Positions 1 through 11,099 of a stretch of DNA of 32,000 bases are shown in pieces. Location: the NCBI RefSeq assembly GCF_054902455.1, contig NZ_CM142769.1. One strand, 5' to 3'. Positions within the stretch are counted from its first letter, which is position 1. Each line of letters opens with the position of its first letter. A program made the translations under genes and the position numbers. The notes beneath the pieces are model-generated. The model saw only the letters and a list, made by a program, of their open reading frames with translations, was not told the DNA's origin and made no database searches.

Positions 1-1032
1 CGGATCCGTTTTCAGGCCGTTCCAGGTCATGCTCATACCATAGCCGGTACGATCGGACTGATCGACAAAATTACCCTTGCTATCGGTATAACCATAAGCA
101 TTATTTACCACGTTCGCTTCCATCGCTGCGGAAACGGTGAATTCTTCCGTCGGCGACCAGGCAATTACCGGACGCAGATAAGCAACATTTTTCTGCTGCT
201 CCATATCGCGTCCATGATAATTACCGTCATTATATAAAGATGTTCCGTCTTCAAGTAACGTGTTTAATTCAAAATACCAGTTATCGAGTTGTTTGCTGAC
301 GAGGAAATTACCGCCAGCGTTAGAGCGCCCGCGGCCCTCTTTCATCATATAGATATAACCGCTGCCATCGTCATAAAGATCGTTCGCAGTATTACCGGAA
401 TGTTCAACAAAGGTATCCTGATTCAGCGGGAACATATCGTAGGCTTCAAAACGGCCTACTTTGACCTTCCAGTCGTTTTCTTTGCCAAAGAAGAATACCG
501 CATCATCGATATTTACTGAACCGTGCATGTCCCCCAGCGGTTGTGCGGAGAACCCGGCGAAATAGCCATTATCCAGTTTTCGCATACCATCAAAACCTAA
601 CAGAATACGACCATTGAGATTCCACTGTTCATTAGTGGGATCGCTATTCACATCAGCGTTGGTCATTGCCAGCAGGCCATGATTACTTTCCGCATCCATA
701 TTAAATTCTACATCGCCGTAGATTTTTAAATCGCCATACCCTGAAAGCAGGAGATTAGGCGAGGTGGCGTTTTTCTTCTCTGACTCCGTCGTTGATTGAC
801 CGTTTACCGGCGTGTTGCCCTGTGCGGTTTTAATTTCGCGGATCTCGGCGGCTTGTTGTGTCTGAAGCTGTTTAACCTGCCCCTCTGCTTTTGCTGCCCG
901 CATTTCTGCCGCTTCCAGGCGTTCTTCCAGCAATGCCATGCGTTGTTCCAGCGTTAAATGCTGTGTTTTTGCCATTCCGGTACTACATGCCAATAATAAA
1001 CCGATGGCTAAAGATAATGTCGATTTTTTCAT
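1..1032 (-). CDS. Outer-membrane carbohydrate porin-like protein (partial, C-terminus beyond window start)
   Basis: Open minus-strand frame from ATG at 1032, absent from the ORF track because it runs off the window. Signal peptide MKKSTLSLAIGLLLACSTGMA, coiled N-terminal stretch LEQRMALLEERLEAAEMRAAKAEGQVKQLQ, then beta-rich aromatic porin-like sequence (LLLSGYGDLKIYGDVEFN...NGYFAGFSAQPLGDMHG...VKVGRFEAYDMF). Confidence 0.75.
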   Translation of the reverse strand, partial: MKKSTLSLAIGLLLACSTGMAKTQHLTLEQRMALLEERLEAAEMRAAKAEGQVKQLQTQQAAEIREIKTAQGNTPVNGQSTTESEKKNATSPNLLLSGYGDLKIYGDVEFNMDAESNHGLLAMTNADVNSDPTNEQWNLNGRILLGFDGMRKLDNGYFAGFSAQPLGDMHGSVNIDDAVFFFGKENDWKVKVGRFEAYDMFPLNQDTFVEHSGNTANDLYDDGSGYIYMMKEGRGRSNAGGNFLVSKQLDNWYFELNTLLEDGTSLYNDGNYHGRDMEQQKNVAYLRPVIAWSPTEEFTVSAAMEANVVNNAYGYTDSKGNFVDQSDRTGYGMSMTWNGLKTDP

Positions 1033-1508
1033 TATTTACGTTCCCTGAAATAAAAGAGACCCTACGCTTTCCAAAAGGAATACGTATATAGAGAAATATA
1101 AGGTGTGCACTTTCGAATTTTTAATCCAACTTCAGCAGGCCGATGGATAGTATCCCGCTGCATAATATGAGTAAATCCGCTGATTTCCTGGAACGTGAGG
1201 AATATAACAATAGTGCCGTTTTTAACCAAATATCGTAAAAAATATTAGATATAATTCACGCTGACTCATAAGCCACAAATATAAATAACCTTGCTGCAAA
1301 ACATGTGCGGCAGTTAAACATTCACAACATCATTAAATAATGATTTTTTATTCACTGCATTTATTATGCCCATCAATATGTGCCTTACACCGCAAAATTT
1401 ATCCTTCACTCTGCCTTATATTGTCACGACTTCACGACATATCCGCGCTCATCACAAAACCGCCCCGCCGTTACAATTAACTATAATATTTTTTCATGGA
1501 GTCCAATA

Positions 1509-1955
1509 ATGGCAGCACTTACTGCAAGCTGTATTGACCTGAATATTCAGGGCAATGGCACTTATTCCGTTCTGAAGCAGTTGGCGACAATGGCGTTACA
1601 AAACGGTTTTATCACCGACTCACATCAATTCCTGCAAACCCTGCTGCTGCGCGAAAAAATGCACTCCACGGGATTTGGTTCCGGTGTCGCCGTGCCGCAC
1701 GGTAAAAGCGCCTGCGTTAAACAACCGTTCGTGTTATTCGCCCGCAAAGCGCAGGCCATTGACTGGAAAGCCAGCGACGGCGAAGACGTCAATTGCTGGA
1801 TCTGCCTCGGCGTGCCGCAAAGTGGCGAAGAGGATCAGGTCAAAATCATCGGCACACTGTGTCGCAAAATTATCCACCAGGATTTTATCAACCAACTGCG
1901 ACAGGGCGACGCCGACCAGGTGCTTGCTTTGTTAAATCAAACCCTCAGCTCATAA
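1509..1955 (+). CDS. frvA: PTS fructose-type EIIA component FrvA
   Basis: 148-aa frame starting MAALTASCIDLNIQGNG; EIIA(Fru) motif around FGSGVAVPHGKSACV; first gene of the frv order. The track ORF start at 1380 is an upstream extension. Confidence 0.9.
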   Translation: MAALTASCIDLNIQGNGTYSVLKQLATMALQNGFITDSHQFLQTLLLREKMHSTGFGSGVAVPHGKSACVKQPFVLFARKAQAIDWKASDGEDVNCWICLGVPQSGEEDQVKIIGTLCRKIIHQDFINQLRQGDADQVLALLNQTLSS

Positions 1956-1965
1956 GGAAGTGGCG

Positions 1966-3417
1966 ATGGAGTCATCCTTACGTATTGTCGCGATCACCAA
2001 CTGCCCCGCCGGGATCGCTCACACCTACATGGTGGCGGAAGCCCTGGAACAGAAAGCCCGTTCTCTCGGTCATACCATTAAAGTTGAAACTCAAGGATCA
2101 AGCGGCGTCGAAAACCGCTTATCCAGCGAAGAGATTGCCGCTGCCGATTACGTGATTTTCGCCACCGGGCGTGGCCTGAGCGGTGACGATCGCGCGCGAT
2201 TTGCCGGGAAAATGGTTTATGAGATTGCCATCTCCCAGGCGCTGAAAAATATCGACCAGATTTTCAGTGAATTACCGACAAACTCACAACTTTTTGCCGC
2301 AGATAGCGGCGTGAAGCTCGGCAAACAGGAAGTGCAAAGTGGCAGCGTAATGAGCCATCTGATGGCGGGTGTCTCTGCGGCGCTGCCGTTTGTCATCGGT
2401 GGCGGTATCCTGGTGGCGCTTGCCAACATGCTGGTGCAGTTCGGTTTGCCGTATACCGATATGTCGAAAGGCGCGCCGTCGTTTACCTGGGTGGTGGAAT
2501 CCATCGGTTATCTCGGCTTCACCTTTATGATCCCCATCATGGGCGCTTATATTGCCTCGTCGATTGCCGATAAACCCGCTTTCGCTCCGGCGTTTCTGGT
2601 TTGTTATCTGGCGAACGACAAAGCCCTGCTCGGCACCCAGTCTGGCGCGGGCTTCCTCGGTGCGGTGGTGCTGGGGCTGGCGATTGGCTATTTCGTCTTC
2701 TGGTTCCGCAAAGTGCGCCTTGGCAAAGCATTACAACCGCTGCTCGGTTCCATGCTGATCCCGTTCGTCACTTTGCTGGTTTTCGGCGTACTGACTTACT
2801 ACGTTATCGGACCGGTGATGTCCGACCTCATGGGCGGGTTGCTGCACTTCCTGAACACCATTCCTCCGTCAATGAAGTTTGCGGCAGCGTTTTTGGTCGG
2901 TGCGATGCTGGCGTTCGATATGGGCGGCCCTATCAATAAAACCGCCTGGTTCTTCTGCTTCTCACTGCTGGAAAAACACATTTACGACTGGTACGCCATC
3001 GTCGGCGTTGTCGCGCTGATGCCACCTGTCGCGGCAGGTCTTGCGACGTTCATTGCGCCCAAACTGTTTACCCGACAGGAAAAAGAGGCTGCCAGTAGTG
3101 CCATTGTGGTCGGTGCCACAGTCGCAACCGAACCGGCTATTCCTTACGCTCTGGCAGCTCCGTTGCCGATGATTACCGCCAATACGCTGGCGGGCGGTAT
3201 TACCGGCGTGCTGGTGATCGCTTTCGGAATCAAACGTCTGGCACCTGGTTTGGGTATCTTTGACCCGCTGATCGGCCTGATGTCGCCGGTAGGTTCGTTT
3301 TATCTGGTGCTGGCGATTGGCCTCGCGCTGAACATTTTATTCATTATCGTCCTGAAAGGATTATGGTTACGCCGCAAAGCCAAAGCTGCGCAACAGGAGC
3401 TTGTCCATGAACATTGA
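1966..3417 (+). CDS. frvB: PTS fructose-type EIIBC component FrvB
   Basis: EIIB phosphocysteine region AITNCPAGIAHTYMVAEAL followed by a multi-TM EIIC domain (GPINKTAWFFCF, ATVATEPAIPYAL). Confidence 0.92.
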   Translation: MESSLRIVAITNCPAGIAHTYMVAEALEQKARSLGHTIKVETQGSSGVENRLSSEEIAAADYVIFATGRGLSGDDRARFAGKMVYEIAISQALKNIDQIFSELPTNSQLFAADSGVKLGKQEVQSGSVMSHLMAGVSAALPFVIGGGILVALANMLVQFGLPYTDMSKGAPSFTWVVESIGYLGFTFMIPIMGAYIASSIADKPAFAPAFLVCYLANDKALLGTQSGAGFLGAVVLGLAIGYFVFWFRKVRLGKALQPLLGSMLIPFVTLLVFGVLTYYVIGPVMSDLMGGLLHFLNTIPPSMKFAAAFLVGAMLAFDMGGPINKTAWFFCFSLLEKHIYDWYAIVGVVALMPPVAAGLATFIAPKLFTRQEKEAASSAIVVGATVATEPAIPYALAAPLPMITANTLAGGITGVLVIAFGIKRLAPGLGIFDPLIGLMSPVGSFYLVLAIGLALNILFIIVLKGLWLRRKAKAAQQELVHEH

Positions 3418-4477
3418 GTTACTGCAACAGTTGTGCGAAGCCAGCGCCGTCAGCGGCGATGAACAGGAAGTTCGCGACATTCTGATAAACACGCTGGAAC
3501 CTTGCGTTAATGAGATCACCTTTGATGGTCTGGGCAGCTTTGTTGCCCGTAAGGGGAATAAAGGTCCAAAAGTTGCCGTTGTCGGGCATATGGATGAGGT
3601 CGGCTTTATGGTCACCCACATCGACGAGAGCGGTTTTCTGCGTTTTACCACCATTGGCGGCTGGTGGAATCAGTCGATGCTCAACCACCGGGTAACCATA
3701 CGCACACACAAGGGATTTAAAATCCCTGGTGTGATTGGTTCCGTCGCGCCTCATGCGTTAACGGAAAAGCAAAAGCAACAACCGCTGTCATTTGATGAGA
3801 TGTTCATTGATATTGGCGCGAACAGTCGCGAAGAGGTGGAAAAACGCGGCGTGGAAATTGGCAATTTTATTAGCCCTGAGGCCAATTTTGCCTGCTGGGG
3901 CGAAGATAAAGTGGTCGGCAAGGCTCTGGATAATCGCATCGGCTGCGCGATGATGGCTGAGCTATTGCAGACGGTGAATAACCCCGAAATTACGCTGTAT
4001 GGCGTTGGCAGTGTGGAAGAAGAAGTTGGGCTACGCGGGGCGCAAACCTCGGCTGAACACATTAAACCGGATGTGGTGATCGTGCTGGATACCGCTGTCG
4101 CGGGCGATGTTCCAGGCATTGATAACATTAAATATCCGCTGAAACTGGGCAACGGGCCGGGGCTGATGCTGTTTGACAAGCGCTACTTCCCCAACCAGAA
4201 ACTGGTAGCAGCGTTAAAAAGCTGTGCCACGCAGAATGATTTACCGCTGCAATTTTCCACTATGAAAACCGGTGCGACGGATGGCGGGCGCTACAACGTA
4301 ATGGGCGGCGGGCGTCCGGTTGTCGCGCTGTGTCTGCCAACTCGTTATCTGCACGCCAACAGCGGTATGATTTCAAAAGCCGATTATGATGCTCTGCTCA
4401 CGCTGATACGGGGTTTTCTGACGACCTTAACTGCGGAGAAAGTCAACGCGTTTAGCCAGTTCCGTCAGGTGGATTAA
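3407..4477 (+). CDS. frvX: M42-family metallo-aminopeptidase/endoglucanase-like FrvX
   Basis: M42 motifs: VVGHMDEVGFMV, DNRIGCAMMAELL, SVEEEVGLRGAQTSAEH; overlaps frvB end. Confidence 0.92.
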   Translation: MNIELLQQLCEASAVSGDEQEVRDILINTLEPCVNEITFDGLGSFVARKGNKGPKVAVVGHMDEVGFMVTHIDESGFLRFTTIGGWWNQSMLNHRVTIRTHKGFKIPGVIGSVAPHALTEKQKQQPLSFDEMFIDIGANSREEVEKRGVEIGNFISPEANFACWGEDKVVGKALDNRIGCAMMAELLQTVNNPEITLYGVGSVEEEVGLRGAQTSAEHIKPDVVIVLDTAVAGDVPGIDNIKYPLKLGNGPGLMLFDKRYFPNQKLVAALKSCATQNDLPLQFSTMKTGATDGGRYNVMGGGRPVVALCLPTRYLHANSGMISKADYDALLTLIRGFLTTLTAEKVNAFSQFRQVD

Positions 4478-6224
4478 TGCTAAACGAACGCCAGTTAAAG
4501 ATTGTCGATCTGCTGGAGCAACAGCCGCGCACGCCTGGCGAGCTGGCGCATCAGACTGGCGTTTCTGGCAGGACCATCCTGCGTGATATTGACTATCTCA
4601 ACTTCACCCTTAACGGCAAAGCCCGCATTTTCGCCAGTGGCAGTGCGGGCTATCAGCTGGAAATCTTCGAGCGCCGCAGTTTTTTTCAGTTGCTGCAAAA
4701 GCACGATAACGACGATCGGCTGCTGGCGCTGTTATTACTGAATACTTTCACTCCCCGTGCGCAACTCGCCTCGGCGCTTAATTTGCCAGAAACGTGGGTA
4801 GCAGAGCGTCTGCCCCGCCTGAAACAGCGTTATGAACGTACTTGCTGCCTGGCCAGTCGCCCCGGTTTGGGCCATTTCATTGATGAGACAGAAGAGAAAC
4901 GCGTTATATTGCTGGCGAACTTGCTGCGCAAAGATCCGTTTTTAATTCCTCTGGCGGGCGTAACACGAGACAACCTTCAGCAATTATCCACGGTCTGCGA
5001 CAACCAACACCGCTGGCCGCTGATGCAGGGTGATTATCTCTCCAGCCTGATTCTGGCGATTTACGCCCTGCGTAATCAACTGACCGATGAGTGGCCGCAA
5101 TATCCCGGTGACGAGATAAAACAAATCGTTGAATATAGCGGCCTGTTTCTTGGTGATAACGCTGTAAGAACCCTGACGGTTTGATAGAGAAACAGCATCA
5201 GCAAGCACAGGTAATTTCTGCCGATAATGTGCAGGGGGTGCTGCAAAGGGTGCCGGGCATTGCGTCATTGAATATTATTGATACGCAACTGGTTGAGAAT
5301 ATTACCGGGCATTTATTACGTTGCCTTGCCGCGCCGGTGTGGATTGGTGAGCACCGCCAAAGCAGCATGAATAACCTGAAAGCCGCCTGGCCTGCGGCCT
5401 TTGATATGAGTCTGCACTTTATTACGCTACTGCGTGAACAACTCGATATTCCCCTTTTCGACAGCGATCTGATCGGTTTGTATTTTGCCTGTGCGCTGGA
5501 ACGGCATCAAAACGAACGCCAGCCGATCATTTTGCTCTCTGATCAGAACGCGATTGCCACTATTAATCAGCTCGCCATTGAGCGCGATGTTTTAAATTGT
5601 CGGGTGATTATTGCCCGTAGCTTAAGCGAACTTGTTGCCATTCGCGAAGAGATTGAGCCGTTATTGATCATTAACAACAGCCATTATTTACTGGATGACA
5701 CGGTAAATAATTGCATCACCGTAAAAAATATCATTACGGCTGCCGGTATCGAACAAATAAAACATTTTCTGGCGACGGCATTTATTCGCCAGCAACCGGA
5801 GCGTTTTTTCTCTACCCCCGGAAGTTTTCATTATTCGAATGTACGCGGTGAAAGCTGGCAACATATTACCCGGCAAATTTGTGCGCAATTAGTCGCACAA
5901 CACCATATTACCGCCGATGAAGCACAACGGATCATCGCCCGCGAAAGCGAAGGCGAAAACCTGATTGTTAATCGTCTCGCCATCCCACATTGCTGGAGCG
6001 AACAGGAACGACGTTTTCGTGGATTTTTTATTACCCTCGCCCAACCGGTTGAGGTGAATAACGAAGTAGTTAACCATGTCTTGATCGCCTGCGCCGCCGC
6101 CGATGCACGTCATGAGCTAAAAATATTTAGCTATCTGGCAAGCGTATTGTGTCAGCATCCGGCAGAGGTTATTGCCGGGTTAACAGGATATGAGGCATTT
6201 ATGGAGTTACTTCACAAGGGGTGA
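4477..6224 (+). pseudogene. frvR: BglG/MtlR-type PTS-domain regulator FrvR, split by frameshift
   Basis: ORF 4477..5184 (N-terminal HTH MLNERQLKIVDLLEQQPRTPGELAHQTG) ends prematurely. ORF 5181..6224 continues the same protein in another frame, with a C-terminal EIIA-like IVNRLAIPHCWSEQE. The joint ...NAVRTLT/(G)/LIEKQHQQ is restored by adding one G near 5178-5179. Confidence 0.85.
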
Positions 6225-6227
6225 ACT

Positions 6228-6252
6228 GTGTCGGATGCGCCGCATCCGACAC
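6228..6252. repeat. REP-like perfect palindrome / hairpin between convergent frvR and yiiG
   Basis: GTGTCGGATGCG-C-CGCATCCGACAC, 12-bp arms. Confidence 0.75.
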
Positions 6253-6279
6253 TGCATTTATCACCAAAATCAAAAACGT

Positions 6280-6921
6280 TTAACGCAGGCTATTATAGTC
6301 ATCGACCATTTCGTTGTACTCGCGTAACGCTCGCGGAAATGAGTCGTCGACCATCCAGATTGAGTTTGCGTCCTGAAGTTGCTCTTTATCCCAGTCAGAG
6401 TACAGGACTTTATCTCTGATGCGGCGAACGTATTTTTTAGCCTCGAGTTGATACTGGCTTGCCGAATTAATAAACGAGAAATTCATGCCGCTTTTATCCG
6501 CTTCTTTGGCTTGCGCCACCAGCGTTTCCAGTTCAGACACTTTCTTCATTGCCGCTTCTGCATCAAACTTATTTTGCGATATCAGGTTATTAATTTGTTT
6601 CGCTGAAATCATGACTGCCAGAGAGTAGTAGTGGAATGTTTTCCCTTCTCTTTCTTCAATATTTTTCAATTCCGCAAGCTGGCGCTTATCGTTAATTTCC
6701 TGAATCGCCGCATGATAAGATTCTGCTACAGGTTCAAAGGCTTCAAGATTTTTTAAGAATGTCTGGTGCAGCGTTTTCCCTTTCGCAAACGCATCGTCTT
6801 TATAATTTTCCTGGGTGTAATATTTATCCATTTCGTTAATGGTATTACCCAACGCCACGGCAGCATCAATATAACTCACCGCCACGCCATCAATAGGTTG
6901 CAGCGCAGGCGTTAACGCCAC
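6280..6921 (-). pseudogene. yiiG: YiiG-like protein, N-terminally truncated (track ORF extends to 6960)
   Basis: Frame retains VALTPALQPIDGVAVSYIDAAVALGNTINEM...REYNEMVDDYNSLR. The residues before it (MNFIILFINKTRV) come from AT-rich intergenic DNA and contain no lipoprotein signal. Confidence 0.65.
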
Positions 6922-6969
6922 TACACGCGTTTTGTTTATAAATAAAATAATAAAATTCACGAAATGAAT

Positions 6970-7002
6970 AAGTCCTGCAATTTAATATATATCGCAGGAC
7001 TT
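6970..7002. terminator. Hairpin at the 3' end of fdhD, likely intrinsic terminator
   Basis: AAGTCCTGC (6970-6978) pairs with GCAGGACTT (6994-7002), in AT/T-rich flanks. Confidence 0.65.
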
Positions 7003-7009
7003 ATTTTAA

Positions 7010-7843
7010 TTAATTGCTCAAACGCTGCGGATGGGTATAAACCGTTGCCCGACCCGGTTTACAAAAGCCCACCAGCGTCAAATTACAGCGTTCAGCCACT
7101 TCTACAGCAAGCGTGGTCGCGGCAGACACCGCAAACAAAATCTCTACGCCGCACATCGCCGACTTTTGCACCATTTCATAACTGGCACGACTGGAAACCA
7201 GTACCGCACCTTGCTGCCAGCTTTCCCCTTCTTGTGACCGGCGGCCTAACAGTTTGTCCAGCGCCACATGGCGACCCACGTCTTCATGCCCGCCGACCAG
7301 TTCGCCAGATGGCAACATCCAGGCGGCGGCGTGAGTACAACCGGTCAGTTGCCCCACTGGCTGGAAATCATTGAGATGACGTAATGCATCATCCAGTTTG
7401 TTGAGATCAAACGTCTGGGTGAACGGTAGCGGCTGCACCGGTTTTCCGATGTCATTAAGTTGCTCCACGCCGCACACGCCACATCCCGTACGTCCCGCCA
7501 GTGCCCGGCGACGCTCCTTCAACCCCATAAAGCGGCGGCTGGAAAGCTCAATTTGCACTTCCAGACCATTACAGGAAGGAACGACATCCATACCGAAGAT
7601 ATCGCGTGGACTTTCGATTATCCCCTCGGAAAGCGAAAAACCGAGCGCAAAGTACTCAAGGTCTTTGGGTGACGCCATCATCACTACATGCGAAATGCCG
7701 TTGTAGACCAGCGCAACGGGAACCTCTTCCGCCACCTCATCTAACCGTGGGTGTTGTAAATCATCACGCCGCCATAACTCAATTTGACGAACACCTGTGA
7801 CATTTGTCACATTTTCGATTTCTTTTTGCTGTGTTTTTTTCAC
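7010..7843 (-). CDS. fdhD: Formate dehydrogenase accessory sulfurtransferase FdhD
   Basis: 277 aa; [11 protein letters not shown] CxxC motif and [15 protein letters not shown] motif; divergent from fdoG. Confidence 0.96.
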   Translation of the reverse strand: MKKTQQKEIENVTNVTGVRQIELWRRDDLQHPRLDEVAEEVPVALVYNGISHVVMMASPKDLEYFALGFSLSEGIIESPRDIFGMDVVPSCNGLEVQIELSSRRFMGLKERRRALAGRTGCGVCGVEQLNDIGKPVQPLPFTQTFDLNKLDDALRHLNDFQPVGQLTGCTHAAAWMLPSGELVGGHEDVGRHVALDKLLGRRSQEGESWQQGAVLVSSRASYEMVQKSAMCGVEILFAVSAATTLAVEVAERCNLTLVGFCKPGRATVYTHPQRLSN

Positions 7844-8036
7844 TTTCTCTTAACCAGATAAGAACACACACACCAACATTATGGTATTCTGTTACAAACC
7901 CTTCCTGGATGGAGGGAAATTGAGCCAATTCTGGACCTTTGCGGCCCCTTCCGCAAAGAAAAATAACTCCCACTCCCTGCACACGCAGCAAGCGAATGTA
8001 AATGGGACGTGACAATGTCGAAACAAGGAGCAATCC

Positions 8037-11000
8037 ATGCAGGTCAGCAGAAGGCAGTTCTTTAAGATCTGCGCTGGCGGTATGGCAGGCACCACGGCAG
8101 CGGCACTGGGTTTTGCACCCAGCGTAGCACTCGCGGAAACTCGGCAGTATAAACTGCTGCGCACCCGCGAAACCCGTAATACCTGCACCTATTGTTCCGT
8201 AGGCTGTGGGCTGTTGATGTACAGCCTCGGTGACGGAGCAAAAAACGCCAAAGCATCTATCTTCCATATCGAAGGCGATCCGGATCACCCGGTCAACCGC
8301 GGTGCACTTTGTCCGAAAGGCGCTGGCCTGGTGGATTTCATCCACTCCGAAAGCCGTCTGAAGTTTCCGGAATACCGTGCGCCAGGTTCTGATAAATGGC
8401 AGCAAATCAGTTGGGAAGAGGCGTTTGATCGCATCGCCAAACTGATGAAAGAAGACCGCGATGCTAACTACATTGCGCAAAACGCCGAAGGCGTGACTGT
8501 TAACCGCTGGCTCTCCACCGGGATGCTGTGTGCTTCCGCGTCGAGTAACGAAACCGGCTATTTAACGCAAAAATTCTCCCGCGCGCTGGGTATGCTCGCG
8601 GTCGACAACCAGGCGCGTGTCTGACACGGACCAACGGTAGCAAGTCTTGCTCCAACATTTGGTCGCGGTGCGATGACCAACCACTGGGTCGACATCAAGA
8701 ATGCCAACCTCGTCGTGGTGATGGGCGGTAACGCCGCTGAAGCTCACCCGGTCGGGTTCCGCTGGGCGATGGAAGCCAAAATTCACAATGGCGCGAAGCT
8801 GATTGTGATCGATCCTCGCTTTACGCGTACGGCGGCGGTGGCTGACTACTATGCCCCTATTCGTTCCGGTACTGACATTGCTTTCCTGTCAGGCGTATTG
8901 CTGTACCTGCTGAACAATGAAAAATTCAACCGCGAATATACCGAAGCCTATACCAACGCCAGCCTGATCGTGCGTGAGGATTACGGCTTTGAAGATGGCC
9001 TGTTCACCGGCTATGACGCGGAAAAACGCAAGTACGATAAATCCTCCTGGACTTACGAACTGGACGAAAACGGCTTCGCCAAACGCGATACCACGCTGCA
9101 ACATCCGCGCTGCGTGTGGAACTTGCTGAAACAGCACGTTTCCCGCTACACGCCAGATGTGGTTGAAAACATCTGTGGTACGCCAAAAGACGCGTTCCTG
9201 AAAGTCTGCGAATACATCGCCGAAACCAGTGCTCACGATAAAACTGCCTCGTTCCTGTATGCCCTCGGCTGGACGCAACACTCTGTTGGTGCGCAAAACA
9301 TTCGTACGATGGCGATGATCCAGCTGCTGCTCGGCAATATGGGGATGGCAGGCGGCGGCGTTAACGCCCTGCGCGGTCACTCCAATATTCAGGGGCTGAC
9401 GGACCTGGGGCTGCTGTCGCAGAGCCTGCCGGGTTACATGACGCTGCCGAGCGAGAAGCAGACCGATCTGCAAACCTACCTTACCGCCAACACGCCAAAA
9501 CCGCTGCTGGAAGGCCAGGTAAACTACTGGGGCAACTACCCGAAATTCTTCGTCTCCATGATGAAGGCCTTCTTTGGTGATAAAGCGACGGCGGAAAATA
9601 GCTGGGGCTTTGACTGGTTGCCGAAGTGGGATAAAGGCTACGACGTCCTGCAATACTTCGAGATGATGAAAGAGGGCAAGGTCAATGGCTATATCTGCCA
9701 GGGCTTTAACCCTGTTGCCTCATTCCCGAACAAAAACAAAGTGATCGGTTGTCTGTCGAAACTGAAGTTCCTCGTCACCATCGACCCGCTGAACACTGAA
9801 ACCTCTAACTTCTGGCAGAACCACGGTGAGCTGAACGAAGTTGACTCGTCGAAGATCCAGACCGAAGTGTTCCGTCTGCCATCGACCTGCTTCGCGGAAG
9901 AGAACGGTTCAATCGTTAACTCCGGTCGCTGGTTACAGTGGCACTGGAAAGGTGCGGACGCCCCGGGGATTGCGCTGACTGACGGCGAGATCCTCTCCGG
10001 TATCTTCCTGCGCTTGCGCAAGATGTATGCCGAACAGGGTGGCGCGAACCCGGACCAGGTGCTGAACATGACATGGAACTACGCCATTCCGCATGAGCCA
10101 TCTTCAGAAGAAGTGGCGATGGAGAGCAACGGTAAGGCGCTGGCCGATATTACCGATCCGGCAACCGGGGCGGTTATCGTCAAGAAAGGCCAACAACTTA
10201 GCTCGTTTGCCCAACTGCGCGATGACGGTACAACCTCCTGTGGCTGCTGGATTTTCGCCGGTAGCTGGACGCCGGAAGGCAACCAGATGGCGCGTCGTGA
10301 TAACGCCGATCCGTCTGGCCTCGGTAACACGCTGGGCTGGGCATGGGCATGGCCGCTTAACCGCCGCATTCTGTATAACCGCGCCTCCGCAGATCCGCAG
10401 GGTAACCCGTGGGATCCGAAGCGTCAGTTGCTGAAATGGGACGGCACTAAGTGGACCGGCTGGGATATTCCGGACTACAGCGCAGCGCCTCCGGGCAGCG
10501 GTGTTGGGCCGTTTATCATGCAGCAGGAAGGCATGGGGCGTCTGTTTGCCCTCGATAAGATGGCGGAAGGTCCGTTCCCGGAACACTACGAGCCGTTTGA
10601 AACGCCGCTGGGAACTAACCCGCTGCATCCAAACGTTATCTCGAACCCGGCTGCACGTATCTTTAAAGACGACGCCGAAGCGTTGGGTAAAGCCGATAAG
10701 TTCCCGTATGTCGGAACCACCTATCGTCTGACCGAGCACTTCCACTACTGGACCAAACACGCGCTGTTGAACGCGATTTTGCAACCAGAGCAGTTTGTGG
10801 AAATCGGTGAGTCGCTGGCGAATAAACTTGGCATTGCCCAGGGCGATACCGTGAAAGTCTCCTCCAACCGTGGCTATATCAAAGCCAAAGCGGTGGTGAC
10901 CAAACGTATTCGCACGCTGAAAGCGAACGGCAAAGATATCGATACCATCGGTATTCCGATTCACTGGGGCTATGAAGGTGTTGCGAAAAAAGGCTTTATT

Positions 11001-11087
11001 GCCAATACGTTAACGCCATTCGTTGGTGATGCGAACACGCAGACGCCAGAGTTTAAGTCCTTCCTTGTGAATGTGGAAAAGGTGTAA
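8037..11087 (+). CDS. fdoG: Formate dehydrogenase-O major (alpha) subunit, selenoprotein
   Basis: Tat signal SRRQFFKICAGG; [4Fe-4S] CTYCSVGCGLLMY; in-frame TGA at 8622-8624 (codon 196, ...NQARV-U-HGPTVASLAPTFG...) followed by a SECIS-like hairpin; the reading frame continues to 11087. Confidence 0.97.
8622..8670 (+). promoter_or_regulatory. Selenocysteine UGA codon and bacterial SECIS-like stem-loop
   Basis: TGACACGGACCAACGGTAGCAAGTCTTGCTCCAACATTTGG: AGCAAGTCTTGCT apical hairpin directly after the in-frame TGA. Confidence 0.85.
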
Positions 11088-11099
11088 CGGAGACGACAT

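Noticed and set aside
8622-8672. Apparent premature stop and frameshift in the formate dehydrogenase gene
   Set aside because: The TGA is in frame with the downstream sequence and followed by a SECIS-like hairpin; this is selenocysteine incorporation, not a pseudogene.
8889-10964. Long minus-strand ORFs (254 aa, 286 aa, 126 aa) opposite fdoG
   Set aside because: Typical shadow ORFs in high-GC codon-biased coding DNA; no recognisable domains.
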